DNA of 64,000 bases from positions 15,465 through 79,464 of the forward strand of contig JAPPFW010000051.1 of NCBI GenBank assembly GCA_028821575.1. Reading direction: 5' to 3'. Source of the stretch: a bacterium (GTDB lineage: Bacteria; Actinomycetota; Acidimicrobiia; Spongiisociales; Spongiisociaceae). Position 1 is the stretch's first letter. Each line of letters opens with the position of its first letter. A program made the position numbers and the translations under genes. Below the pieces are notes generated by a model that did no database searches, was not told the origin of the DNA, and worked only from the letters and a program-made list of their open reading frames with translations. Shown here piece after piece: positions 46,380 through 55,576 of the stretch.

Positions 46380-47099
46380 GTGCCGGCCCCTGCATCGTCC
46401 TCCCGCCACGTTGCGCTGCTCGTTGACGGTGACAACGCCCAGCCGTCCCTCATAGAGCCCATCCTGAGCGAGGTAGCCAAACACGGTGTGATAACGACTC
46501 GGCGCATCTACGGGGACTGGACCATGCCTGAGATGTCGGGCTGGAAGAAAGGGCTGCAGACCTATGCGATCCAACCCATCCAACAGTTCCGATATACGAA
46601 GGGCAAGAACGCTACCGACAGTGCGCTGATAATCGATGCCATGGATCTGCTGCACACCGGAGCGGTAGACGGATTCTGCATAGTCTCCAGCGATAGCGAC
46701 TACACGCGGCTGGCCACACGGATTCGTGAGCAGGGTCTCTTTGTCATGGGGATAGGCCGCCGGCGTACACCGAGCTCATTGGTGAACGCATGCGAGGTCT
46801 TCGTATACACCGAGAACCTCGTGCAGTCGGAGGGGTCTTCGCGTGACCAACTCACATCGAAACAGCGCTCGGAGTGGGTCACCACCATGGGTCTCGCCAT
46901 AGATGCGGTCCTGCAGGAGGATGGTTGGGCGAACCTCGGAGAGGTCGGCGCCCAGATAGGCAAGCTGGATCCTGCTTTCGATTCCCGTAGCTATGGCTTC
47001 TCGCGGATGTCGCTGCTCGTCAAGTCTCGACCTGACGTCCTGCAAACGGAGGAGAGGATGATCGGCGGCCAGGCACAGATCTATATCAAGCGGGCATAA
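46380..47099 (+). CDS. NYN (LabA-like) ribonuclease-fold domain protein with C-terminal OST-HTH/LOTUS domain
   Basis: VALLVDGDNA...RRIYGDW...DSALIIDAMD...IVSSDSDYTRLA (NYN), then GWANLGEVGAQIGK...SYGFSRMSLLV (LOTUS). The GTG at 46380 is 11 nt after GAAGGAG. GC is below the window average. Confidence 0.8.
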   Translation: MPAPASSSRHVALLVDGDNAQPSLIEPILSEVAKHGVITTRRIYGDWTMPEMSGWKKGLQTYAIQPIQQFRYTKGKNATDSALIIDAMDLLHTGAVDGFCIVSSDSDYTRLATRIREQGLFVMGIGRRRTPSSLVNACEVFVYTENLVQSEGSSRDQLTSKQRSEWVTTMGLAIDAVLQEDGWANLGEVGAQIGKLDPAFDSRSYGFSRMSLLVKSRPDVLQTEERMIGGQAQIYIKRA

Positions 47100-47135
47100 G
47101 GCCGGGTAGGCCTGTTGGCGACGGAGGATACGCGG

Positions 47136-47564
47136 GTGCGTGTAGCCATCGGCTGGATCATCCTGGGTGTTCTGCTCGCCGTCACCGTGTTGGGTGCAGT
47201 GTCGGCCCAGAACGTCCGAGGGGTCGTGACCTGGATGGTGGTCGGCGTCGCCATAGCAGCCGGTCTGGGTGCGATGGCTGCGTCCGCCGATCCGGAGCCG
47301 CGGCGTGGGCGAAAAGGACTACTGCTTGCAGTCTTGAGACCAATGCTGGCGGTGGCAGCGGGCGCGTTCACGCTCCTGAGCACCATGGTCGCCGGATGCA
47401 ACGATGAGGACGGGGTTCCGGATTGGGAACGGTGCCACACGTGGCTGGGCACCCCGACCGTCGACTGGCCGGGAGCACCGCTGCTCGCCCTTGCGCTCGC
47501 TCTGGCCGTCGGCTACCTCGTCTGGCGGCTCCTCGGGAGGCTGTTCCCGAACCGCGTGGAGTAG
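47136..47564 (+). CDS. hypothetical 4-TM membrane protein (has two decayed paralogs in the window)
   Basis: Hydrophobic ORF. The start at GTG 47136 was chosen by alignment with the ATG of the pseudogene copy at 59256. The track start is 47115. Confidence 0.6.
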   Translation: MRVAIGWIILGVLLAVTVLGAVSAQNVRGVVTWMVVGVAIAAGLGAMAASADPEPRRGRKGLLLAVLRPMLAVAAGAFTLLSTMVAGCNDEDGVPDWERCHTWLGTPTVDWPGAPLLALALALAVGYLVWRLLGRLFPNRVE

Positions 47565-47674
47565 CGGTACGGCTTCCGGCCGATCCCGACGACGTCAACA
47601 TCGCCTGCCTGCGGCGACGTTAGGATGACCCGGTAAGGCCTGCCACACCTTCCCTGGAGACCCATGGCAGACCC

Positions 47675-48505
47675 ATGGCGATCCTCTTGGCCGCCCTGAC
47701 ATCGGTTTTCTACGGGGTGTTCGACTTCGCAGGTGGGATGGCCACCCGCCGGGTCCATGTCTTCGCGGTCGCTTTCTGGTCCAACCTCACGGGCCTGGCT
47801 CTCTCGGGGGTCATAGCCTTCCTGTACCACCTGGTGTTCGGGGCATCCGTCACCGTCTCCGACCTGGCCTGGGGCGCATTGAGCGGCGTGGCCGCGGTCG
47901 CCGGGGTGGTCTTCTACTTCGAGGGCCTGGCTAAGGGCCAGATGGCGGTGGTCGCTCCGGTATCCGCCGTCACCCTGGCATTGGTCCCCTTCCTGTTCGG
48001 GTTCCTGACCGGAGAACGCTACGCCTTGTTGGCGTGGATTGGGGTGGTGGTCGCCGCCCCCGCCCTGTGGCTGACCGTTGCGACTCCCACCCGTGAAGAC
48101 CGTCCGGGGAAAGCGATCTACGGTCTCGGAGCCGGTCTGGGCTTCTCTCTGATGTTCATCGGCCTCGCGCAAGTCTCGGGCGAGGCCGGGATGTGGACGC
48201 TGATTCCCTTCAAGTGCGCCAGCGTCGGCGCAGCGGCGGTCCTGGTCAGGGTGCAGGGTATTCCGCTCGGCCTGCCGAGGAAGAACCTCCTCCTGTCGTT
48301 CGCCGCCGGGGGTTCGGTGCTGGCCAACCTCACCTACCTGCTGGCGGTGCGATCCGGGCCGCTGGGACTCGTGGCGGTGGCATCGTCCCTCTACCCGGCG
48401 GTGGTGGCGGTCATGGCCTTCCTGGTCTACAAGGAGAAGGCTCCTCCCCAACGCATCGCAGGCCTCCTGCTATCGCTGGTGGCGCTTTCCCTGATCGCCC
48501 TCTGA
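47675..48505 (+). CDS. EamA/DMT-superfamily transporter
   Basis: 276 aa, 10 TM segments, with a duplicated EamA-like organisation. Confidence 0.85.
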   Translation: MAILLAALTSVFYGVFDFAGGMATRRVHVFAVAFWSNLTGLALSGVIAFLYHLVFGASVTVSDLAWGALSGVAAVAGVVFYFEGLAKGQMAVVAPVSAVTLALVPFLFGFLTGERYALLAWIGVVVAAPALWLTVATPTREDRPGKAIYGLGAGLGFSLMFIGLAQVSGEAGMWTLIPFKCASVGAAAVLVRVQGIPLGLPRKNLLLSFAAGGSVLANLTYLLAVRSGPLGLVAVASSLYPAVVAVMAFLVYKEKAPPQRIAGLLLSLVALSLIAL

Positions 48506-48640
48506 CCGAGCCGGGCTCTCTCCCCAACGGTGGGGGCAGTGGAATCAGCCGGGACGGGTCTCCGGATCGCCGCGCATTCCGCGAGGAGCCGAATCCGAAT
48601 GGTCGGGAACCCGCAGCCGGGCCGGCGCCGTCCAAGAACC

Positions 48641-50152
48641 ATGAAGACCACACATGGCACCATCCGACCCCTGATAGCACTGGTAGCGGTCGTCGCCGTC
48701 CTGGCGGGCGCCTGCACCGCCGACACCACCCCCGGCCCGATAGATGAAGGTGGCCCGACCACCGCGCCGGCCACGACATCACCACAGCCGGTCGATCCCG
48801 GACCCGAACCACGCGTGGAGGACGATGGCGCTCCGAAGGCCGACGACGGGTGGATCGACGGCGAGCCCGACTGGGACGGCAGCGACACGTCCGAGGAGGC
48901 ATCCGCCGAGTACGAGGCGATGCCCGAGGAGGCTACGGCGGACGAGGCGATGGCGGAACCGGAGATGGCGGAGGAGACCGCAGCCGTCGACATGACCTCC
49001 GCCCCCGCGGCAGCGCCCGCATCGGACGACGACTACCGGACGGAGGACGCGGTGGCATACGAGTCGGAGCAACCGCAGGCGAAGCTCACCGGCGGGTCGA
49101 TCGACGACAACGAGCGCTTCGAGGACTACCTGGCCTACCGCGCGGACTTCTTCGGCCTGGGTATCCGGGTGCGCGACCTCGACCCCTCCGGACGTATCGT
49201 CGTGACCGTGATCGGCCAGGACCGCCTCCCGGCGGCCGGCGCCGAGGTGGTCGTGGCCGGGGAAGGGCTGGAGGTGAGCCTGCGAACCACCGCCGACGGT
49301 ACGGTGCGCTTCCACCCCGAGGCCTACGACGCCGGCGCCGGGCCGTTCACCGTGTCAGCCGGCGATGCGAGCACCACGGCCACCCGGGGCCAGAACGTCA
49401 CCCTCGAGAGCGCCCTGCCCACCGCAACTGGGGAGACCGTCGCTCTCGACGTCCTGTTCCTGCTCGACGCCACCGGCTCGATGGATGACGAGATCCACCA
49501 GCTCAAGATCACCATCGACGAGGTGGCCCAGCGCATCCACCGGCTCCCCGGTGACGTGGACGTGCGCCTGGGCATGACCCTCTACCGGGACGAGGGCGAC
49601 GTCTTCCTCACCCGGACCTTCGACTTCACCCCCGACGTCGGGGACTTCTCGGAAGCCCTCGCCGAGGTCGTGGCCGCCGACGGCGGCGACTGGCCGGAAG
49701 CCCTCGACGAGGCGCTGGCCGACGCCCTCTCGGTGCCGTCGTGGCGCTCCGCCGCAGACACGGTCCAGCTGGTCTTCCTGGTGGCCGACGCGCCCCCGCA
49801 GGTGCTGCGGCAGGTGCCGGTGCCCTACACAGAGTCGATGCGAGAAGCAGCCCGGCGCGGCATCAAGATCTTCCCGGTGTCGTCGTCCGGCACCGACGAC
49901 CAGGCCGAGTTCGTGTTCCGCCAGCTCGCCCAGTTCACCGGCGCCCGCTACGTGTTCCTCACCTACGGCGCCGGAGGCCGCGCCACCGGCAGCGCCACCG
50001 ACATCGACCAGCGAGACTACGAGGAACTGTCCCTGGACGACCTCATAGTCCGCCTCGTCGCCGAGGAACTCGCCGCCTTGGCCGAACCCACAAACGCTGA
50101 GCCCGACTCCGAGACGACTGACACGACCCAAGACGACCAGCAAGGCAACTGA
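48641..50152 (+). CDS. secreted von Willebrand factor A (VWA) domain lipoprotein
   Basis: ATG at 48641. Lipobox VLAGAC, an acidic low-complexity region and MIDAS-like DATGSMDDE within a VWA body. Confidence 0.8.
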   Translation: MKTTHGTIRPLIALVAVVAVLAGACTADTTPGPIDEGGPTTAPATTSPQPVDPGPEPRVEDDGAPKADDGWIDGEPDWDGSDTSEEASAEYEAMPEEATADEAMAEPEMAEETAAVDMTSAPAAAPASDDDYRTEDAVAYESEQPQAKLTGGSIDDNERFEDYLAYRADFFGLGIRVRDLDPSGRIVVTVIGQDRLPAAGAEVVVAGEGLEVSLRTTADGTVRFHPEAYDAGAGPFTVSAGDASTTATRGQNVTLESALPTATGETVALDVLFLLDATGSMDDEIHQLKITIDEVAQRIHRLPGDVDVRLGMTLYRDEGDVFLTRTFDFTPDVGDFSEALAEVVAADGGDWPEALDEALADALSVPSWRSAADTVQLVFLVADAPPQVLRQVPVPYTESMREAARRGIKIFPVSSSGTDDQAEFVFRQLAQFTGARYVFLTYGAGGRATGSATDIDQRDYEELSLDDLIVRLVAEELAALAEPTNAEPDSETTDTTQDDQQGN

Positions 50153-50295
50153 GCCTCCGGGTGGTGGCACGTTCCGGGTGTATGGCGGGTTCCGCGAGCC
50201 CGAAACGGTGATCGCTGGACGGCCGGCAAGGCAACTGAGGCCACCGGTATCCGTCTATCGCTCGCACCGACGGGGAGGGTGACGAGCACCATAAT

Positions 50296-50733
50296 GTGGC
50301 GCAGGCATCCGTGGACGTCGAGGAGGGCCTGCTCGTGGTAGCACCGTTGCGAAGGGGCTGGTTCATAGCGCTGGTCGCCGTGTCTCTCGTGGCTTGCGGT
50401 GACGGTGGGGGCGAACCGTCCGTGAGGGAAGACATCCATCCGGTTCCGCCGCCCTACTTCATCGCCGTGGGCTCCGGTGTCCTCACGAGCAGTGACGGCG
50501 CCGATTGGGATCGGATCGCTTGGACGGATGGTGTGAGTGCCCTGAACCTCACCGGCGCGGCTTCCGGCAATGGTCGGCTGGTGGTGGTGGGACTGGAGGG
50601 CAGCATCGGCGCCAGCGACGAAAGCGGCGGATGGACCGTGATCCAGCGCGACCCCGGAGCTCTCTTCGGCGCATCGGATGTAGCTTTTCGGCGCCGGTCG
50701 GTTCGTCGCGGTGGGCGACGCGGTCAACCCTGA
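50296..50733 (+). CDS. BNR/Asp-box beta-propeller lipoprotein, 5' fragment (frameshifted)
   Basis: Lipobox SLVAC and SSDGADW Asp-box. The frame is lost at a T4 run (50685-50688), and the reading continues in 50711-51379. Confidence 0.65.
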   Translation: MAQASVDVEEGLLVVAPLRRGWFIALVAVSLVACGDGGGEPSVREDIHPVPPPYFIAVGSGVLTSSDGADWDRIAWTDGVSALNLTGAASGNGRLVVVGLEGSIGASDESGGWTVIQRDPGALFGASDVAFRRRSVRRGGRRGQP

Positions 50734-51379
50734 TCTCACCTCGGGCGGGGTCGTTCTGACGAGCCTTGACGGGGTCGAGTGGTCTCCGGTGGCCTCGGGC
50801 CTGCCCGGTTTGGCGACGGTGACCTACGGGAAGGGAGTGTTCGTAGCTGCTGGAACCGCGTTCGTGGCCACCAGCGCGGACGGGATTGCCTGGGCGCCGA
50901 GCCCCTTCGACTCTCCGCGACGGCTATTCGGCATCGCCTACGGTGACGACCGGTTCGTGATCACCGGGGGACACGGATCGATCTTCACCAGCTCCGATGG
51001 CGTCGAGTGGACATCCCGGAACTCCGGTGTCTCCGGTGTGACCTTCCTACGGGGAGTGGCCCACGGAGGTGGCCTGTTCGTCGCGGTAGGCGACGAGTAC
51101 GACACCGCCGCCAAGAGTTCGGTGAGCACGATCATCACCAGCCCAAATGGCGCCGACTGGACCGTCCAGCATTCGGGTGAGTCCCAATCGCTGTCGGATG
51201 TGGCCTACGGCGGCGGTACCTTCGTCGTGATAGGCCAGAACGAGAGAACCGATGAGAACGGGAACGTCGGGAGCGCGGTACCTGTCGCCCTCACCAGCCG
51301 GGACGGAACGGAGTGGGAAACGGTGGAGGTCGCAGGGGACCTGTGGCTGCGCGGCGTGACGTACCGGCCTGCCACGTAA
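50711..51379 (+). CDS. BNR/Asp-box beta-propeller protein, 3' fragment
   Basis: Repeated S.DG..W boxes: TSLDGVEW, TSADGIAW, TSSDGVEW, TSPNGADW, TSRDGTEW. Confidence 0.7.
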   Translation: MGDAVNPDLTSGGVVLTSLDGVEWSPVASGLPGLATVTYGKGVFVAAGTAFVATSADGIAWAPSPFDSPRRLFGIAYGDDRFVITGGHGSIFTSSDGVEWTSRNSGVSGVTFLRGVAHGGGLFVAVGDEYDTAAKSSVSTIITSPNGADWTVQHSGESQSLSDVAYGGGTFVVIGQNERTDENGNVGSAVPVALTSRDGTEWETVEVAGDLWLRGVTYRPAT

Positions 51380-51411
51380 CAAAGACCCCGGGCGGGCCGT
51401 CCGCGAAACCG

Positions 51412-51528
51412 CGTGAACGGCTGCGATCAGCCCTGCGGGACATCCCCGTCGGTGGCGATGTCCCCGTCGAGCCGGTATTCCTGATGAACACCGGCTTCAA
51501 TCGTGACCCTGCCGACCAGACGATCGCT
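51412..51528 (+). pseudogene. relic of a PIN/VapC toxin gene (central part only)
   Basis: Encodes RERLRSALRDIPVGGDVPVEPVFLMNTGFNRDPADQTI, aligning at DNA and protein level with residues about 66-105 of the intact VapC at 58811-59242. There is no N-terminus and no start. Confidence 0.65.
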
Positions 51529-51614
51529 GACCACTGCCCACTACTCATGCAAAACCCACGGGAAGGTCGGGCACGGTATCGACCCATCCATCGGCCTGCC
51601 CAGGGACGGTACGG

Positions 51615-53501
51615 TTACCGTCCTCGATACGGTGACCAGGCCGGCCTATTGGCACCTTCGGCCAGCAGCCAGGATTCCGAACTGGCGATGTCCACCACCC
51701 AGACCTCCGAGCGGCCATCGCATACGGTGGAGTAGGCCAGGTGGCTCCCGTCGGGTGACCATGCCAGAGCCCATCCGAAGTCTCCGGTCACCGGACGGCC
51801 ACCGGACCCGTCGGCATCCATCACCATGACACGGTTCTCGACGTAGGCGATGCGGTCTCCATGCGGAGACCACACCGGGCTCGAACCGCTGGACAGCTGC
51901 CGCGGGCTGTCGCCGGAGGGATCCGTCACCCAGACCTCGTTCGTGAGGTCGTCAGCCTTCTCGTAGGCGATACGGCGCCCGTCCGGCGACCACGCAGGCG
52001 CTAGACCGTCGATCAGCCGCCGGTGGTGGCCAGCGTCGGAGGCCACTATCCGAACCTCGCGACCGGAGCCGGCAACCCACCGGTTGTAGATGATGTGGGC
52101 GCCGTCCGGTGACCAGCTCAGGTTCAAGCCGCCGTAGCTGGCATTCGGCCGCCAGTCGTAGGTGAGCCGCCGCCGGGTACCGGTCTCCGCTTCCACCACC
52201 CAGACTGCTCCACCATGCCCGGAGTAGGTGATGAGATGCCCGTCCGGCGACCACGCAGGTTCCGAACCCCTGCGAGCCAACCGCCGGGCTCCGGCGCCGT
52301 CGGCGTCCATCATCCAGAGTCCGACACCCTCCCCATCCGTTCTAGTGTAGGAGATGCGGCTTCCGTCCGGCGACCACACCGGTCCCCGACCGTCGGCAAG
52401 CCGCCGGTGACCGGCCCCATCAGCCACCCATATCTCGGGAACGTGCTCGACCCTTCTGGAATAGGCGATCCGGCTTCCATCGGGCGACCAGGCCGGATGG
52501 CCTCCTCGCGCGGCCAGCTTCCGCCGGTCCCCCCGGTGGGTGTCCACCACCCAGAGGTCGAATACGTACTCGTCACGCCTCATCTCCAGGTAGATGATGT
52601 GGCTCCCATCCGGAGACCAATGCGGGCCCGAACCGTTGCGGGTCAACCAACGCCGGTTGCTGCCGTCCGCGTCCATCACCCAGATCCCGGAGCGCTCACC
52701 TCCGTCGCGGTAGGCGATACGGCTCCCGTCCGCCGACCAGACCGGCTGGGTACCGCCGACCAGCCACCGCCTGTCGCCGCCGTCCGCATCCATGACCCAC
52801 ACCCCGCGATCCGGACCCGACTCGTAATAGGCGATACGGCGCCCGTCCGGCGACCACTCGGCCTCCGATCCTCGGTCGGCGACCAGCCGGTGATCGCTGC
52901 CGTCCGCGTCCATCGTCCAGATCCCGCCGTTGTTGTAGGCGACACGGTTCCCGTCCGGCGACCACACCGGGGCCCAACCGTCGGTCAGCCGCCGCGGGTC
53001 GGTGCCGTCCGCGTTCATCACCCAGACCCCGACAGGGTCGTCCCACTCTTCGTAGGCGATGCGGCTCCCGTCGGGTGACCACACCGGGCTCGAGCCCTGG
53101 TCGGCCAGTCGCTGCGGGCTCGCGCCGTCGGCGTCGATGGTCCAGATCCCGCCGCTGTCCGATTCTTCGTAGGCGATGCGGTTCCCGTCGGGTGACCACA
53201 CCGGGTTCGAGCCGTGGTCGGCCAGTCGCTGCGGGTTGGCGCCGTCCGGGTCTGCCACCCAGATCCCGGCACGGCTGTGGTCCGGTCTCTGGCTGTTGTA
53301 GGCGATAGTCCCCGAACCGAAAGCAGCCGTATTCCCCACCGCCGAGAGGGTTACCGGGGAACCACCCTCAGCGCCCTCCCGCGAACACGCATCCTTGCCC
53401 GCCGCGCTCTCGGGCACCCCCACCGACCACCCCACCATGGCGGCGGCGGCCAGGAACCCTGCGAGCCACTTACGGCCAGGTCGCAGACTGCGTCCCGTCA
53501 T
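51615..53501 (-). CDS. secreted PD40/TolB-like WD40-type beta-propeller repeat protein (about 13-14 blades)
   Basis: Start MTGRSLRPGRKWLAGFLAAAAMVG (ATG 53501). 13-14 repeats of the W-S-P-D-G-x-R-I-A-Y motif. Confidence 0.85.
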   Translation of the reverse strand: MTGRSLRPGRKWLAGFLAAAAMVGWSVGVPESAAGKDACSREGAEGGSPVTLSAVGNTAAFGSGTIAYNSQRPDHSRAGIWVADPDGANPQRLADHGSNPVWSPDGNRIAYEESDSGGIWTIDADGASPQRLADQGSSPVWSPDGSRIAYEEWDDPVGVWVMNADGTDPRRLTDGWAPVWSPDGNRVAYNNGGIWTMDADGSDHRLVADRGSEAEWSPDGRRIAYYESGPDRGVWVMDADGGDRRWLVGGTQPVWSADGSRIAYRDGGERSGIWVMDADGSNRRWLTRNGSGPHWSPDGSHIIYLEMRRDEYVFDLWVVDTHRGDRRKLAARGGHPAWSPDGSRIAYSRRVEHVPEIWVADGAGHRRLADGRGPVWSPDGSRISYTRTDGEGVGLWMMDADGAGARRLARRGSEPAWSPDGHLITYSGHGGAVWVVEAETGTRRRLTYDWRPNASYGGLNLSWSPDGAHIIYNRWVAGSGREVRIVASDAGHHRRLIDGLAPAWSPDGRRIAYEKADDLTNEVWVTDPSGDSPRQLSSGSSPVWSPHGDRIAYVENRVMVMDADGSGGRPVTGDFGWALAWSPDGSHLAYSTVCDGRSEVWVVDIASSESWLLAEGANRPAWSPYRGR

Positions 53502-53805
53502 TCGAGTTCTATTCCTTGGCGCCGGATTGGGGCCGGCGCTCGCTGATACCGACCATAGCCGCCGCTCACAGCTACGAAGGCCCCGCATTGTCCGGGCAAC
53601 GCGTCGCGGCAGGCGGTGCGGTATCGGCGTTTACGTTCTGATACAGGCGGCTAGTACACACCATGGTGGTAGTTCCGGTTAGCGAGACCACCCGGCAGTT
53701 GGTCTTGTGGGGAAGCGAGTCGGCTCAGTGTTCGGTAATCTTGATGGCCGTGGTTGACCAGCGGATTCCGGAGTACGCCAACCCTGCGCCGGACGCAGCC
53801 GGTCG

Positions 53806-55548
53806 TTGATGCGCGTCAACGAGTACATCCGTTACGAACCCGACGAACGCTGCTCTGCCCGCCTGACGCTGGGTGTGGCGGTTCAGGGGACCATGATCAG
53901 CCTGTCGATCACGGTCATCGTGGTCACGATCTTCGTCCTCGGGGCGGGCGGAGACAGGGCCTACCTCTCCTGGGCGGTGTTTGCCGCCCTCATGATCACC
54001 GGGCTCGGCACCCTGCTTGCGGCCAGCCGCCTGGGAAAGCTCGGAGCAGGTCACATTCTGATGATGGCGTCGGGCGGCCAGTTCATAGGTGTCTGCGTGG
54101 TGGCGATGACCGAAGCCGGTCCGGCCACACTGGCGACGCTGCTGGTCGTCTCGTCGGTGCTCCAGTTCCTGGTGGCCACCTGGCTTCCGAAGATGCGCCG
54201 GATCATCACACCCGTCGTCGCCGGGACCGCGCACATGCTGATCGCGACGACAGTGATACCGGTAGCCATCGCCAGGTTGGTGGACACACCTGCCGGGACG
54301 TCGCCGTCCCAGGGCTTGGCGGCCTCCGGCGCGGCGGCCCTCGCCTTCCTATTCCTGGTATTGCGAGGCACGAATATCTGGCGCTTGTGGGCGATACCCA
54401 TCGGTATCGGGGCCGGCTCGCTGGTCGCCGCGGCGGTGGGACTGTACGACTTCGGGCCGGTCCGAAATACGCCCTGGTTCGATCTGCCGGATGCGGCCGC
54501 ATGGCCGGGTTTGGAACTGACGCCCGGCCCGGAGTTCTGGGGGCTGCTGCCGATGTTCCTGATCGTGAGCCTGGTCGTGGCCGTCAAGTCGAGCAGCGAC
54601 GGCGCCGTGATCCAGCAGGTCTCACGCCGCCATCCGCGCGCCACGGACTTCCGCACAGTGCAGGGGACTCTCAATGTAAGCGGAGTGACGATGCTGCTGT
54701 CGGGGATGGCCGGGACGGTTCCTCCCATCATGGTCTCGGCCAGTTCCATTTCGTTGATCAACCTCACAGGGGTCGCCTCCCGAAGGGTCGGGCACGTCAT
54801 CGGGGGTTTGCTCATCCTGCTGGCGCTGTTCCCCAAGGGCCTCGCCGTCCTGCTCGCCACACCGACTTCGGTAATGGGGGCGGTGCTTCTGATGATCATG
54901 GGAGTGCTCCTGGTGGAGGGTATGCGGACCATCGTCCGAGACGGTCTCGACCATCGGAAGGGGATGGTGGCCGGAGCATCCCTGGCGATAGGCATCGGCC
55001 TGGAGAGCAACAACGTCCTGGAAGATCTGCTGGTTGGAACCTGGGGTGTGCTGTTCGGCAGCGGGTTGGTGGTCGGCGTCCTGGCGGTGGTGGTGCTGAC
55101 ATCCCTGATGGAACTGTCGGGCCCGCGCCGCAAGCGGCTGGAGGTCGAACTCGACATGTCCGACCTTCCCAGGATCAACACGTTCCTCACCGGACTCGCC
55201 TTCCGTGCTAGATGGAGTGCAGCTTCGATAGAACGCCTGACCGCCGCCGGAGAGGAGACCCTCTCGACCATGTTGCAGCTACGTGAGGACTACGAGGACC
55301 AGGCCAAGCCGCGTCTGATAGTCACGGCTCAGGGCAGTCCTCGTGTAATCGATCTGGAGTTCATGGCCATCTTCGGTGAGGGAAACATCGAGGACCACTT
55401 GGCGTACCTGGTCGAGCACACCGACACTCCGGACGCGAGAGATGTCTCGTTCCGCCTCCTGCGCCACTACGCATCCTCGGTCCGGCACAGCAAGTACTAC
55501 GGAATAGACATCGTGGGAGTCCAGGTGGAGTCCCTACCCGAGTCCTGA
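53806..55548 (+). CDS. NCS2/xanthine-uracil permease family transporter with about 140-aa cytoplasmic C-terminal extension
   Basis: Polytopic N-terminal 440 aa with an NCS2-like INLTGVASRRVG motif. The soluble tail (55120-55545) belongs to no family I recognise. Confidence 0.75.
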   Translation: MMRVNEYIRYEPDERCSARLTLGVAVQGTMISLSITVIVVTIFVLGAGGDRAYLSWAVFAALMITGLGTLLAASRLGKLGAGHILMMASGGQFIGVCVVAMTEAGPATLATLLVVSSVLQFLVATWLPKMRRIITPVVAGTAHMLIATTVIPVAIARLVDTPAGTSPSQGLAASGAAALAFLFLVLRGTNIWRLWAIPIGIGAGSLVAAAVGLYDFGPVRNTPWFDLPDAAAWPGLELTPGPEFWGLLPMFLIVSLVVAVKSSSDGAVIQQVSRRHPRATDFRTVQGTLNVSGVTMLLSGMAGTVPPIMVSASSISLINLTGVASRRVGHVIGGLLILLALFPKGLAVLLATPTSVMGAVLLMIMGVLLVEGMRTIVRDGLDHRKGMVAGASLAIGIGLESNNVLEDLLVGTWGVLFGSGLVVGVLAVVVLTSLMELSGPRRKRLEVELDMSDLPRINTFLTGLAFRARWSAASIERLTAAGEETLSTMLQLREDYEDQAKPRLIVTAQGSPRVIDLEFMAIFGEGNIEDHLAYLVEHTDTPDARDVSFRLLRHYASSVRHSKYYGIDIVGVQVESLPES

Positions 55549-55576
55549 TTCAAAACCCGACACGAAAGGAGCAACG

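Noticed and set aside
53663-53692. Partial third copy of the long element (ATGGTGGTAGTTCCGGTTAGCGAGACCACC)
   Set aside because: Only about 12 nt resemble the element's 5' motif. It also folds as a simple GGTGGT/ACCACC hairpin. This is too short to call without a statistical alignment.
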